Positions 6,450-16,397 of a DNA stretch of 19,597 nt are shown piece after piece (position 1 is the stretch's first letter; every line of letters begins with the position of its first letter). The notes below the pieces were generated by a model that saw nothing but the letters and a program-made list of their open reading frames with translations, had not been told where the DNA came from and ran no database searches. A program made the translations under genes and the position numbers. The stretch comes from Aphanocapsa sp. GSE-SYN-MK-11-07L (GTDB lineage: Bacteria; Cyanobacteriota; Cyanobacteriia; Thermosynechococcales; Thermosynechococcaceae), in contig JAHHGS010000012.1 of NCBI GenBank assembly GCA_019359715.1, positions 1-19,597 of the forward strand, in the 5' to 3' direction.

Positions 6450-7385
6450 TCATCCTAGAATGCTGGCTAACAGAGCTTTCTGGACATGCAGGCGGTTTTC
6501 TGCCTGCTCCCACACCCGCGACTGGGCACCTTCAATCACGCCATCGGTAATTTCCTCGCCGCGATGGGCGGGTAAACAGTGGAGGACAATCGCCCGCGCA
6601 TCGGCCACCGCTAACAGGTCTTCGTTCACTTGGTAAGGCTGAAAAATCGGAATGCGATCGCCCGCTTCGCTCTCTTGCCCCATGCTGGCCCAAACATCGG
6701 TATACAGCACCTGTGCACCTTCAGCAGCGGCTTTCGGGTCAGTTGTAATCGTCACTTCGGTTTGCTCCTTGGCGATTGCCTGAGCCTGTTTAACAATGGC
6801 GGGTAAAGGCGCGTAGTCCGGCGGCGTTGACACCCGCACGTTCACCCCCACCAGCGCACAGCCAATCAGCAGCGAATGGGCAATGTTGTTGCCATCCCCC
6901 AGGTAGGTCAGGGTCAAGCCGGCCAACTCCCCGAACGAAGATTGAGCCGTTAATAAATCAGCCAAGACTTGGCAAGGATGCTCTAGGTCAGTTAGGGCAT
7001 TAATGACTGGGATCCGGGCGTGATCGGCGATCGTTTCCAAATCTGTCTGTTTGAAAGTGCGAATCGCCAGCACATCCAGATATCGATCTAAAACGCGGGC
7101 AGTATCCTCTAGCGGTTCGCCCCGACTGACCTGAGTTGACTCTGGATTTAGGTCAATCACCTGCCCACCCAGTTGATACATGGCAACCGAAAAGCTGACC
7201 CGGGTTCGGGTCGAAGCCTTTTGGAACAGTAGCCCCAGCACTTTTGAGATCCGAGGGCTAGCGTTGCCCAACTTCATGTCATTGGCCAGGTGCAATAGAT
7301 AAATCACCTCTTCCGCGCTCAAATCGGCCAAGCTGAGTAAATCTCGCCCTTTTAGTCTTTCCATGCTGCCTTCCAAGCGGATCAA
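6450..7385 (-). CDS. argF: Ornithine carbamoyltransferase
   Basis: 311 aa with the 'STRTR' carbamoyl-phosphate motif, 'HCLP' and 'DVWASMGQE' motifs. Confidence 0.9.
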   Translation of the reverse strand: MIRLEGSMERLKGRDLLSLADLSAEEVIYLLHLANDMKLGNASPRISKVLGLLFQKASTRTRVSFSVAMYQLGGQVIDLNPESTQVSRGEPLEDTARVLDRYLDVLAIRTFKQTDLETIADHARIPVINALTDLEHPCQVLADLLTAQSSFGELAGLTLTYLGDGNNIAHSLLIGCALVGVNVRVSTPPDYAPLPAIVKQAQAIAKEQTEVTITTDPKAAAEGAQVLYTDVWASMGQESEAGDRIPIFQPYQVNEDLLAVADARAIVLHCLPAHRGEEITDGVIEGAQSRVWEQAENRLHVQKALLASILG

Positions 7386-7395
7386 TGTTGAGCCA

Positions 7396-8379
7396 TTATA
7401 AGCGGAACAAATGACAAAGCTCGATCACTTTGATTTGAAGGCTAGAATTAGCCTCGCTGCCCTGCTTGAGGCTGACTTCCAGCTGGAGCAGCAGCGGCAA
7501 TGCCTGCTGGAGCTGTGGCAAAGAGACGCGCTGCACTTCTTTTTGTAAGAAATAAACCCGCTTCGGGTTGCTAACTTCGGCTGCTTTGGCGATCGCCTGC
7601 AGATCTTGCTCTCCGGCCATCAGCTTGATCCAGAGCCAAGTCCGAAACTGGCGAATCAAGGTGGCTACAATCCTGAGCGGGGCTTCATTTTGCTGGATCA
7701 AATCTGCCACTAGGTTCAAAGCACGGCTGGTATCGGCTTGCCGGATTGCCTCAGCCAGTTGGAGGCTATTCTGAGTTGAGGTTGTCACCAGCAGAGCCAC
7801 TTCCTGAGCGGTCAAACCTGTAGATGGCCCACCGTAAAGGCGGAGCTTTTCCAGTTCATTGTGCAGTTGGCGGGTGTCATTGCCGACGGCGTTCACTAAC
7901 AGCTCGACGGCATCGGGGGTGAGTTTAACTCCGATTTGACGCGCAGCTTGCCGAATTTCTTGACTCAATTCATCGGTTTTCCAAGCCGGAATCTGGCTAA
8001 ATTCTTTCACCTGGGCATATTTTTGCAGCAGCTTAACGGCTTTGCTGCGCCCATCTGGTTTATTAGGGCTAGTTAGCAGCAAATGCCCAGCCTCTGGCAG
8101 GTCGGGTAGGGTACGCTCTAATTCAGTCAAGACTTCTTCTGCGCACCGTTGCCCCAAGCTAGTATTGACCAGCCAAACCAGTCGCCCACCACTGCCAAAG
8201 GGTAAGGTCATGACTTGGTTCAAAGCTTGGACGATCGCGTCGGGCTGCTCTGGGCCAATTTTGTCGAAGTTAAAGCTGAGCCAAGTCGGGTCAAGAATGC
8301 GATCGCGCAGCGCCTGCACCGCTTGAGTCAAGCGATATTCATCTTCTCCCCAGTAAAAATAAGCTGGCATGGCTTGCAT
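7396..8379 (-). CDS. holA: DNA polymerase III delta subunit
   Basis: 327 aa. Begins 'YFYWGEDEYRLTQAVQALRDRI', then 'LSFNFDKI', a later 'GNDTRQLHNELEKLRLY' motif and a C-terminal helical domain typical of HolA. Confidence 0.75.
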   Translation of the reverse strand: MQAMPAYFYWGEDEYRLTQAVQALRDRILDPTWLSFNFDKIGPEQPDAIVQALNQVMTLPFGSGGRLVWLVNTSLGQRCAEEVLTELERTLPDLPEAGHLLLTSPNKPDGRSKAVKLLQKYAQVKEFSQIPAWKTDELSQEIRQAARQIGVKLTPDAVELLVNAVGNDTRQLHNELEKLRLYGGPSTGLTAQEVALLVTTSTQNSLQLAEAIRQADTSRALNLVADLIQQNEAPLRIVATLIRQFRTWLWIKLMAGEQDLQAIAKAAEVSNPKRVYFLQKEVQRVSLPQLQQALPLLLQLEVSLKQGSEANSSLQIKVIELCHLFRL

Positions 8380-8535
8380 CTTAGCTCAGGGCGGGTTGGG
8401 ATGCAGGGGGTACCCGCGATCGCAAACGCATAAAATCGTTACCTGGCAGGCAGTTATCTACGAGGTGATTCGCGCTGAGAGCATGATAGGCTGACAACGC
8501 AGAACATAGAGTGTACGGAAGTTAGGATTGAAATC

Positions 8536-9057
8536 ATGGCCATTTTGGATTCTCAAGGCCGCCTGTTTGGCAAGTTCAGCCTGCTTGATTTGGGAGCTGC
8601 CTTGGTCATTCTGTTGGTGGTGATTGGGCTGCTGTTTGTGCCGGGCAAGTCAGGCACCTCAATTGCTCAAGTCACAACCAATAAGCCGATTGAAGTTGAT
8701 GTGCTGGTCTTAGGGCTAGGCGCAAAAGACTCAAAAGAGCTAGTCAAAGCAGGAGAATCAGCCAATTTTATTATTCGCAACCAACCCTACGGACAGGTCG
8801 ATATTAAGACCGTACAATTTTTGCCCAAAACCGTTACCGTTTCTCAGCCGGATGGCTCTGTCAAAGCCCTCCCCGATCCTCGCCCAGAACTGGTTTACAG
8901 CAGCAATTTTTTGATGACGCTGGTCGGCAAGGGACAGGTGACAGCCAATGGGCCAGTGCTGGGTAACAGCAGCGTCAAAGTTGGCACCCCAGTCGAACTC
9001 GAAGGCAAAAGCTATGGCTTTAAGGCCAGCATCATTGCCGTCCGGGTGGGCGAATAA
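8536..9057 (+). CDS. DUF4330-like protein with an N-terminal TM anchor
   Basis: 'MAILDSQGRLFGKFSLLDLGAALVILLVVIGLLFVPGKSG' matches, from memory, the conserved start of the cyanobacterial DUF4330 family. Not verified by a search. Confidence 0.5.
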   Translation: MAILDSQGRLFGKFSLLDLGAALVILLVVIGLLFVPGKSGTSIAQVTTNKPIEVDVLVLGLGAKDSKELVKAGESANFIIRNQPYGQVDIKTVQFLPKTVTVSQPDGSVKALPDPRPELVYSSNFLMTLVGKGQVTANGPVLGNSSVKVGTPVELEGKSYGFKASIIAVRVGE

Positions 9058-9128
9058 CCACAGCCTCCAATGCTTCGATTGAAGACGGCAAGCGCTATCT
9101 ATGAATCGCAAACCTAGTTTACAAAACA

Positions 9129-9159
9129 CCTAACCCTTGAATTGCAATGATGGGTTAGG
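9129..9159. terminator. Hairpin CCTAACCC-(15 nt)-GGGTTAGG between convergent genes; not followed by a T-run
   Basis: An 8-bp perfect stem read from the sequence. The loop contains the palindrome ATTGCAAT. Weak as an intrinsic terminator. Confidence 0.25.
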
Positions 9160-9170
9160 CTTGACTCTGA

Positions 9171-9443
9171 TTAGCGCTCCTTACGCTTGCGCTCGGACTT
9201 GGGCCAGTATTGGAACTCCTGTTCATGAAAGTCAACGTCGAGTTCCGAGACATGCATTTGCATTCGGGCCTGGACATCGGCTACCGCCTTGTTGTAGATG
9301 CTGGGGCCAACTTCTTCCAGAAAAAAGCTCAGTAGCCCGCTTGCCGCGATGTTTCCGATCTCCTCTTCCCTGTTCTCGCGGAAGTAGCGCACAATGGAGT
9401 CCAAAGCCTGTTTGCGCAAATCTTTCGGCAGCTCGATTGACAT
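9171..9443 (-). CDS. DUF2164-like small protein
   Basis: The start was set to 'MSIELPKDLRKQALDSIVRYFRENREEEIGNIAASGLLSFFLEEVGPSIYNKAVADVQ', which matches the DUF2164 pattern recalled from memory. Confidence 0.5.
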   Translation of the reverse strand: MSIELPKDLRKQALDSIVRYFRENREEEIGNIAASGLLSFFLEEVGPSIYNKAVADVQARMQMHVSELDVDFHEQEFQYWPKSERKRKER

Positions 9444-9559
9444 AGAGATTCTTCTTCTGTGAGCAAGGTTAGCAAGCAACGTGAGCGAGTAAGCTCCAGC
9501 ATTATAAGCTGGAGCAAGCTGAGTCCGAAACCGCTAGGGGGATTAAGTTTCGCTGGTTA

Positions 9560-10288
9560 TTGCCGCTGGTCAGTAGTTGCAGCTTACTGCTGGTGATGCT
9601 GCTCTTTAATACTGCCCAAGTTGCGCTTCAGTTCTGGCGACCCAAACCGGAGTTGGCGGCAATTCAGCAACTCAGTCAGTTTGAACTACCGAAGATCTGG
9701 CAGGATGGCTGGCAGCTTGTCCAAACTCCTTGGCTGCTTGGTCTAGGCTTGGTTCTCGTCGTTGGGTTATTGATCTATCCGCTGCTGGCTACTCGCGCGA
9801 TCGCTGCTTTTCTTAGCCTTGCCCTTGCCCTGACTGGAATCGGGCATTGGACAACCCTGCTTAAATTTTGGGCGGCTACTCCCTTTGGTAAGACCGAACC
9901 GCTATTTGGACAAGATATTGGCTTTTACATCTTTACGCTGCCGTTCTGGCAGCTCTGGCAATTCTGGCTAGTGGCGATGGTGGTTGGCAGTTTTTTGTCG
10001 ATTAGCCTCATTTATTTGCTCTCAGCCGATAGTTTGAGTCAGGGCTATTTTCCTGGCTTTAGCCAACCGCAGCGACGGCATCTGCAAGGGTTGGGAGCGG
10101 CTTTAATGCTGGCGATCGCCCTCAGCTATTGGCTGGGTCGCTATGAGTTACTGTACGCGAATCGCGGCGTTACCTTTGGAGCTGGCTACACCGATGCCAC
10201 CATTACACTGCCACTGTTTAATGCTTTGGCGGCGATCGCCCTGCTGCTTGCAGTTCTGCTCTGCCGTCCCAAAGGGAATCGCGGATGA
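9560..10288 (+). CDS. UPF0182-family membrane protein, N-terminal multi-TM portion (TTG start; the gene appears split)
   Basis: Motifs '[14 protein letters not shown]' and '[20 protein letters not shown]' are characteristic of UPF0182. The ORF ends in a TGA that overlaps the ATG of the next ORF. Confidence 0.7.
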   Translation: MPLVSSCSLLLVMLLFNTAQVALQFWRPKPELAAIQQLSQFELPKIWQDGWQLVQTPWLLGLGLVLVVGLLIYPLLATRAIAAFLSLALALTGIGHWTTLLKFWAATPFGKTEPLFGQDIGFYIFTLPFWQLWQFWLVAMVVGSFLSISLIYLLSADSLSQGYFPGFSQPQRRHLQGLGAALMLAIALSYWLGRYELLYANRGVTFGAGYTDATITLPLFNALAAIALLLAVLLCRPKGNRG

Positions 10289-12138
10289 CGACCTATCCTG
10301 GCCCAGCTTGGCTTTGGCTTGGCTTGATCGGGTTCAGCTTTGCCGCCACCCTGCTCGGCCCACTGCTGCCGATTGCGATCCAAACTCTGCGGGTTCAACC
10401 CAACGAGCTAGAGCGAGAATTACCCTATCTTCAGCGCACAATTGAGTACACCCGTCAGGCCTACGGTTTAGGGGCAATCCGGGCCAGAGCTTTTAATCCG
10501 CAGCCTGACCTCAACTATGCCAGCATTCAAGCTAACGATCTAACCATTCGCAACATCCGGCTTTGGGATAGCCGCCCTTTGCTAGAAACGAATCGTCAAC
10601 TCCAGCAACTACGCCCTTACTACAGCTTTCCCAACGCTTTTATTGACCGTTACGCCCTGCAAAGCCCGGATGCCCCACCTGAAAAACGGCAGGTGTTTTT
10701 GTCAGCTCGTGAGCTTGATTTTAACACCGTGCCTCAAGCGGCTCAAACCTGGGTCAACAAACGGCTGATCTATACTCACGGTTACGGATTCACGATGAGT
10801 CCAGTCAACACAGTTGGCGAAGGGGGACTGCCCACCTACTTTGTCAAAGATATTGGCACCGGTAAATCGGGGGGAAACTTACTCACCTCCAGCCCTCAAA
10901 TTGCCGCTAGTATCCCGATTGGTGCCCCACGAATTTACTTTGGACAACTGACGGAACCCTATGTGATTGCGCCTTCGCGAGTGCCAGAACTCGATTATCC
11001 GAGCGGAAATGATAATGTTTACAACCACTATAGCGGGCAGGGTGGGGTTGGACTCCAGGCACTCTGGCGGCGGTTAGTCTTTGCCCTCTATCTGCGAGAC
11101 TGGCAACTGCTGCTTACTCCCAATTTGACCCCTGACAGCCAGATTCTGCTGCGGCGGCAAATTGAACAGCGAGTCTGGGTGATCGCTCCTTTTTTATCCC
11201 TCGACCAAGAACCCTATCTGGTGGTGGCGGACACCCACTCTTCCGCCGGAATTCAGCCTGCTGAACCCCAGGAAACCAATCATCTCTACTGGATCATCGA
11301 TGCTTACACAATGAGCAATCACTATCCCTACGCCGATCCAGAAGCAGATGCGTTCAACTACATCCGTAACTCGGTCAAGGTCGTAGTTGATGCCTACACG
11401 GGCACTGTTGATTTCTACGCTGTTGACCCCCAAGACCCGATCTTGCAAACCTGGCAACGAGTTTTTCCAGGCATGTTTCAACCTTTAGCCGCGATGCCAG
11501 CCGAGCTTTACCAGCATACCCGCTACCCAAAAGACCTGTTTCAAGTCCAAGCTCACCGTTTGCTTAAGTACCACATGACTGATCCGGTGGTCTTCTATAA
11601 CCAGGAAGACCAGTGGCAGTTGCCGACTGAAATTTACGATGGTCAACTCCAGCAGGTTGCGTCTTACTACCTGATTATGAAGCTGCTGGAAGGAGCACAG
11701 GAAGAATTTATTCTGCTCTATCCGTTTACTCCCCTCAATCGCCCCAATTTAATTGCCTGGTTGGCCGCCCGCTCTGATGGCGAAAATTATGGCAAGCTAG
11801 TGCTTTATCAATTTCCTAAGCAAGAGCTGATCTTTGGCCCAGAACAGCTTGAAGCCCGAATTAACCAAGACCCGGCGATTTCAGAAAAAATCTCGCTTTG
11901 GAACCGCGACGGTTCGCGTTTGATTCAAGGCAATTTATTGGTAATTCCCCTAGAGCGATCGCTGCTTTACGTTGAGCCGTTTTATTTAAAGGCTGAGCAA
12001 AATAGTCTACCTACCTTGATTCGGGTTGTTGTCATGTATCAAGACAAAATTGTGATGGCAGAAACGCTAAATCTGGCTTTGGAACAGACCTTTCCAGCCC
12101 CGACTCAAAGTAAAACCAAGCCGCTGATTCCTGAGTAG
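10285..12138 (+). CDS. UPF0182-family protein, C-terminal portion
   Basis: '[26 protein letters not shown]' and '[20 protein letters not shown]' are UPF0182 signatures. Confidence 0.75.
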   Translation: MTTYPGPAWLWLGLIGFSFAATLLGPLLPIAIQTLRVQPNELERELPYLQRTIEYTRQAYGLGAIRARAFNPQPDLNYASIQANDLTIRNIRLWDSRPLLETNRQLQQLRPYYSFPNAFIDRYALQSPDAPPEKRQVFLSARELDFNTVPQAAQTWVNKRLIYTHGYGFTMSPVNTVGEGGLPTYFVKDIGTGKSGGNLLTSSPQIAASIPIGAPRIYFGQLTEPYVIAPSRVPELDYPSGNDNVYNHYSGQGGVGLQALWRRLVFALYLRDWQLLLTPNLTPDSQILLRRQIEQRVWVIAPFLSLDQEPYLVVADTHSSAGIQPAEPQETNHLYWIIDAYTMSNHYPYADPEADAFNYIRNSVKVVVDAYTGTVDFYAVDPQDPILQTWQRVFPGMFQPLAAMPAELYQHTRYPKDLFQVQAHRLLKYHMTDPVVFYNQEDQWQLPTEIYDGQLQQVASYYLIMKLLEGAQEEFILLYPFTPLNRPNLIAWLAARSDGENYGKLVLYQFPKQELIFGPEQLEARINQDPAISEKISLWNRDGSRLIQGNLLVIPLERSLLYVEPFYLKAEQNSLPTLIRVVVMYQDKIVMAETLNLALEQTFPAPTQSKTKPLIPE

Positions 12139-12145
12139 GCACCAA

Positions 12146-12784
12146 TCAATTTTCACCAGCATAAAGTCTCGGCAAAAATCCAGCCAGATTCGTCATTTCT
12201 TCGTGGCAATGAACTTCGATCGCTCGACCCAAGGCATGGGTAGCCCCGATTTTTCGAGTGATTGAAAGATTGCCAATCTGATTGACCAACCAGAGGGGAG
12301 AGTCAATATAGCCCAGCCAAAAATTGCTGCGCATCTCGCACCCTCCCTCAACATTTCGCACGGCATGAACAAACCGAGTCGTTTCGATGGGTAGATTTAA
12401 AAAAGTCAGCTTCGCGCACAGCAGAAGACTTTCTGGATCAGTTTCAACTTCATCTTCAAAAAACTGGTCGGGAGGAATGAAATGAATCCGCAGTTTATAG
12501 AGCTTACCGCCAACATATTCATGGACAAGGTGTTTGGCTCCCAAATGAGTTCCTGGTTGCTTGTCTGCCCAATCCATCCACACATGGTCACGGGGATGCC
12601 AAAGTCGATAGTGCTCTGTGGTCTGCATATAATCCCCGAACCACCAGGCAATCATTTCAGCCGTAACATTTGGCATCCGGGTCAAAACCGAAATGTGGAG
12701 TCCGCCATTATTGAGCCTTTCAATCCCACTTTCGCAGCCAAAATTTCTTGGTAAAAACAGTTGCTTGCATTGCTCAAATTTCAT
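12146..12784 (-). CDS. Hypothetical protein (possibly a hydrolase), co-operonic with the cupin gene
   Basis: 212-aa ORF with several His/Glu clusters (HPRDH, HEYVGG, HCHEE). Family not recognised with confidence. Only a 6-bp gap separates it from the upstream cupin gene. Confidence 0.5.
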   Translation of the reverse strand: MKFEQCKQLFLPRNFGCESGIERLNNGGLHISVLTRMPNVTAEMIAWWFGDYMQTTEHYRLWHPRDHVWMDWADKQPGTHLGAKHLVHEYVGGKLYKLRIHFIPPDQFFEDEVETDPESLLLCAKLTFLNLPIETTRFVHAVRNVEGGCEMRSNFWLGYIDSPLWLVNQIGNLSITRKIGATHALGRAIEVHCHEEMTNLAGFLPRLYAGEN

Positions 12785-12790
12785 CGCTGA

Positions 12791-13489
12791 TCATCTGTTT
12801 AGATTAGTTTGAATGTGAGGTAGTTTAGCAGCACTCACACCCTCGACTAGCGTGCGATTGAGCATCGGATGATCTTGATGGGTGAACCCGGCATCACTAT
12901 CAGGGTGAAACATGACGACGGTGAGGTTGTGCTCAAGGGTGCGAAACTTGTGCAAGCTGTGAGCTGGAATCACGACAATCACTCCTGGTTCCAGAGGAAT
13001 GGCAGTTTGGGGCATTTCTAATTGACCGCTGCCTGCAACAACAATCCCGATCCGATCGCTAGGGTGAGTGTGCAATGTTTGGTCAACTTTCGGGGGAAAG
13101 TAAAGGGCATTCAGGCAAGGATCGCCGCGGATCACGGGTGGAACTAATAAACTACTGCTGCCACCATCAATGTAAGCCAGCCGACCGCTAGACTCCATCG
13201 GGCCACCTAGGCTAAACATGCCCCGGTAATTCATATGGGTAATCACAATACCGGATGATTCTGCCTCAATTTTGCCTACCCCCGGCAGACAAAAGTACAT
13301 GCCAGCCCGCAGCGGATAAGCATTGTCTTGCCGAACTAAGTCAGCTTGCCCCTGATAAACATAACCAAAATGGGTTCCATCGGCGGGCAGTTCCAGAGCA
13401 TTTCCCTGCCAAATCCGCAGCAGAATTGGAAAATTGCCCTGGCTCAGATCAATGGTTTGCGGCTGGAGTTTGTAGATGGTCAGTGTCAT
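12791..13489 (-). CDS. Cupin-domain protein (bicupin-like)
   Basis: Cupin motifs 'HTHPSDRIGIVVAGSG' and 'GVIVVIPAHSLHKF'. The start was reset to the ATG at 13489, preceded by GAGGAGG with a 6-nt spacer. Confidence 0.65.
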   Translation of the reverse strand: MTLTIYKLQPQTIDLSQGNFPILLRIWQGNALELPADGTHFGYVYQGQADLVRQDNAYPLRAGMYFCLPGVGKIEAESSGIVITHMNYRGMFSLGGPMESSGRLAYIDGGSSSLLVPPVIRGDPCLNALYFPPKVDQTLHTHPSDRIGIVVAGSGQLEMPQTAIPLEPGVIVVIPAHSLHKFRTLEHNLTVVMFHPDSDAGFTHQDHPMLNRTLVEGVSAAKLPHIQTNLNR

Positions 13490-13542
13490 AGTCATCCTCC
13501 TCAACTGGCATCGATCCACGTTACCTGATCTGTTGTACTCGA

Positions 13543-15867
13543 TCAGCGACTTGCCGCAGGTAACAGCAGCGTTGCTTCGATTTGCTGGCGAATTTCAGGG
13601 TTGATCATGCAACCATCGCTCTGCAAGCAGTCCACCAAGAGACGAGTAGCATTGTAATACTGTTTGAGCAGGTGTTGCTCTTGGGAACTAAATTGCCACT
13701 GCTGACCAATATGATGACGGGTCTTGGCCACTTGTCTAGCCTGATCGGCAACTTGCTTCACTTTTTCATCGTTGGCTGACTCTCCTTTCAGACGCTGTAA
13801 AAGTGTTTTCAAGGTCTGTTGCTGATCGGTTTCTAGTTTCTGGGAGTCAAGGGCAATTTTGATCGCAATCAGCATCACGGCATTGGCAGAGGCAGCCGCA
13901 ACAATTTTTGCCATTGGGTCAGTCAGGTTTGCATCATAGTCTTGGGCGATCGCGATCGCATCTCTTAAACTCACTCCCTCCAGCATCCGGGTCAGGAAAC
14001 TCGCACAGACCAAGAGATTGACCGTTCGATCCAAACTCAACGCCACCGCCCGATTTTCGTCAATATCAAAATCAATATCAAAATAAAAGGCCCGCACCGC
14101 AGCCGGCTTAAAGCAGGCGAATTCTGGGGCAGCGGCCCGATCGCGCACAAAAGCCAGGAACTGTTGCAGGCGATCAGAGGCAGCCAAGAGCTGATCAATC
14201 ACCTGCTGCATTGGCAACAGCAGCAACGCAGCATCTCGCAGCATTTCCGTCGTCAGCAAGAAGACTTCTCGCCAGCGTTTTTCAGTCGAATAAGCGACGA
14301 GTTCTTCCAAAGTTGCGGCTAAGGCAGGGCGATTAAAAACGATATCTCTGGCCGCAAAGTACTCATGAAAGGTGAGATGAGAAAACGAGTAAATTCCCTT
14401 CGCCCGCTCGATCAACAGCCCATGCTGGGCCTCAATTGAGTGCAGGATGGCTTCGCTATCGAGCTGTAAGGCATCATCATCAAGGTTGGTTTGAGCAAAA
14501 TTGCGAATGTAGTCGATAATGTACGCTTCCACAACCGTCTGCTTAAAAAAATAGTCTTTTTGTTGGAAGGTAATGAAGGCAATATAACTAAGCAAATCCT
14601 TTTTACGCTGATGGGATAGTTTTTGATAAACCTGATCGCGGTGAATGCCGCGTTTGGCATCCCACTTTTTGAGCAGGGCATCAATCCCTTCCTGATATAG
14701 CTCAGAGCGGTTGCTGGGACAATCGCCTGACTCTTCAAAGGCCAAACAGACGAGGGTGAGCAGCAGGGGGCTAATCGTGAGCTGTTTAATCCGGGGATTT
14801 TGATCCAGGTGCTTGAGAAACGTGTCTGCCCGGATTGGCTGATGTTGAAACCACTTGGTCGCAAAAACAGCAATTTGATCTTGGTTGAAATCGGCAACCT
14901 CCACCTCAGTAAACTTTTCAAAGGTATAGTCCCAGGCGGCAATCCGACAGGTAATTAGGAACTGATTATTCCAGAATTGCTCTGAGAAATCGCTGATTTC
15001 TTTAATCACCCGCTGATAGTCTTCCGCCCTCACTTCATCTAAACCGTCCAGCAGCACTAAGGCTTTCCCTTGATCAAAAACCTGATAAAACTCAGCCGTC
15101 AACTGTTCTGGAATGAATGCTGCATCCTTGAGCAGGTAGGAGTCGCGATCGCTGATGTATTCCAGCAGGCTGGGTTCAGCTTCCGCTTCAGCAAAGTCTT
15201 TTAAGGTGACAAAGACAGGCAAACGGTCTGGCTCAAACTTGCCTTGATTAGACTGAATCGCCAGGTACTTGAGAAAGGTGGTTTTGCCCGCTCCCGGTTT
15301 GCCCAAAATAATCAGCTTTTTATACTTTTCAACTGCCTCTAAGCCTGAGATCGATTCCTGGACGATTTGCCCCAAGCCAAACCGCTCAAAATTTTCTGAA
15401 TCACAGCTTTGCAGTAACTGAGCAATTCGCTTGTGCCTGCGCCCGGTAATTTGCTCCAGGATATTGACGTGGGTATACAGCTCATTCACCTCAATTGGGT
15501 GAGACATATCCAGGACGCGGATGGTGCCACACCGCTCTCGCAGGCTGGCGTACGCTTGCTGGCGGAGGTTCTGGACGATCGCAGCTAGTCCGGAATCCTG
15601 ACCGGACAAGCTCAGTTTTACGGCCGTTGGTTTTAAAGCGGCGGGGGCAAGCAGGTCAGCAATTTCTTGCCAGTTTAAGCCCAGCCGATCGCAGATCTGG
15701 ATGAACAGGGACTGAGCGATCGCTGCCCCCTTAAAGAAATTGGTGATCGGCTGCCGACTGCACCCGATCAAAGCGCTTAAGTCTTTTTGCGTCCAGCCTG
15801 CCCTAGTTAAAGCTTGTTTGGCAATCTGAACTCCGTCTAATGATGCTTTTAAGGAGGGCTTGGCCAT
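13543..15867 (-). CDS. STAND NTPase: N-terminal XRE-like HTH, central NACHT domain, C-terminal helical region
   Basis: 774 aa. The N-terminus 'GWTQKDLSALIGCSRQPITNFFKG' is an HTH. Walker A is 'ILGKPGAGKTTFLKYLA' and Walker B is 'LVLLDGLDEV'. The NACHT-typical 'RVLDMSHPIEVNELYTHVNI' precedes the P-loop. About 330 aa of helical C-terminus carries no WD40 or TPR repeats. Confidence 0.85.
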   Translation of the reverse strand: MAKPSLKASLDGVQIAKQALTRAGWTQKDLSALIGCSRQPITNFFKGAAIAQSLFIQICDRLGLNWQEIADLLAPAALKPTAVKLSLSGQDSGLAAIVQNLRQQAYASLRERCGTIRVLDMSHPIEVNELYTHVNILEQITGRRHKRIAQLLQSCDSENFERFGLGQIVQESISGLEAVEKYKKLIILGKPGAGKTTFLKYLAIQSNQGKFEPDRLPVFVTLKDFAEAEAEPSLLEYISDRDSYLLKDAAFIPEQLTAEFYQVFDQGKALVLLDGLDEVRAEDYQRVIKEISDFSEQFWNNQFLITCRIAAWDYTFEKFTEVEVADFNQDQIAVFATKWFQHQPIRADTFLKHLDQNPRIKQLTISPLLLTLVCLAFEESGDCPSNRSELYQEGIDALLKKWDAKRGIHRDQVYQKLSHQRKKDLLSYIAFITFQQKDYFFKQTVVEAYIIDYIRNFAQTNLDDDALQLDSEAILHSIEAQHGLLIERAKGIYSFSHLTFHEYFAARDIVFNRPALAATLEELVAYSTEKRWREVFLLTTEMLRDAALLLLPMQQVIDQLLAASDRLQQFLAFVRDRAAAPEFACFKPAAVRAFYFDIDFDIDENRAVALSLDRTVNLLVCASFLTRMLEGVSLRDAIAIAQDYDANLTDPMAKIVAAASANAVMLIAIKIALDSQKLETDQQQTLKTLLQRLKGESANDEKVKQVADQARQVAKTRHHIGQQWQFSSQEQHLLKQYYNATRLLVDCLQSDGCMINPEIRQQIEATLLLPAASR

Positions 15868-16052
15868 CGGAAAGCGCTGAATAATCCTCCTTATATTCTA
15901 CTCAACTTAGGCATCAGTCAGGCATCACCTGAGCTGAAAATGACCTTGAAGTGGCGAGCTACAGATTTTTCTCATCACTTAATCATTTTTTACTTGACTA
16001 TCTATCTTTTTTTAAGTAGTCTTTATTCATGCATTAAAAAGGCACGGTCAAA

Positions 16053-16265
16053 ATGAATCAACTCAATTTGCTACTGCAGTGCTTATGGTTGCTGATTTTG
16101 GGGCTACTCATTAGCAAGATCGTTGTGATCAAACAGACTGAAATCAAACCACCGCTGAAGATTCGCAATCTTTATTGCATCCAGGCAGACGCTTTCAATC
16201 ACGGTTGTGCGATCGCAAAGGCAGAGCTGACGCTTCGCAATGACTCTGCTCAAGTTAGGAATTAG
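16053..16265 (+). CDS. Small putative TM peptide. Its 5' region and N-terminus are a diverged duplicate of the downstream flotillin-like gene
   Basis: MNQLNLLLQCLWLLILG...TEIKPPLK aligns with MTQFNFLQQCFSWAVWLLAP...TKEINPPPP of the 663-aa protein. The upstream DNA is also similar between the two (..agtctttattca..aaagg..caa/acATGa.tca.ttcaatTT.ctaC.gcagtg). Confidence 0.35.
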   Translation: MNQLNLLLQCLWLLILGLLISKIVVIKQTEIKPPLKIRNLYCIQADAFNHGCAIAKAELTLRNDSAQVRN

Positions 16266-16397
16266 TCAGACATTGTCTTCTCAAAATCTGACATCGAAGT
16301 TTTTGTTCAAGATTTATCTCAGCCTTTAATTAGGTTTTACTTAATTTTTCTATTTTACAAGCAGTCTTTATTCACCCCTTACAAAGGTATAGCCAAC

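Noticed and set aside
8505-8525. LexA-box-like GTACGGAAGTTAG upstream of the DUF4330-like gene and holA
   Set aside because: It has two mismatches to the cyanobacterial RGTACNNNDGTWCB consensus and no second half-site symmetry. Too weak to call.
9129-9159. Hairpin as a Rho-independent terminator
   Set aside because: It has a good 8-bp stem but a 15-nt loop and no downstream U-tract. It is kept only as a low-confidence feature.
2700-16000. Numerous GCGATCGC palindromes
   Set aside because: This is the cyanobacterial HIP1 element, a genome-wide compositional feature rather than a locus-specific site. It is used here only as a marker of native against acquired DNA.
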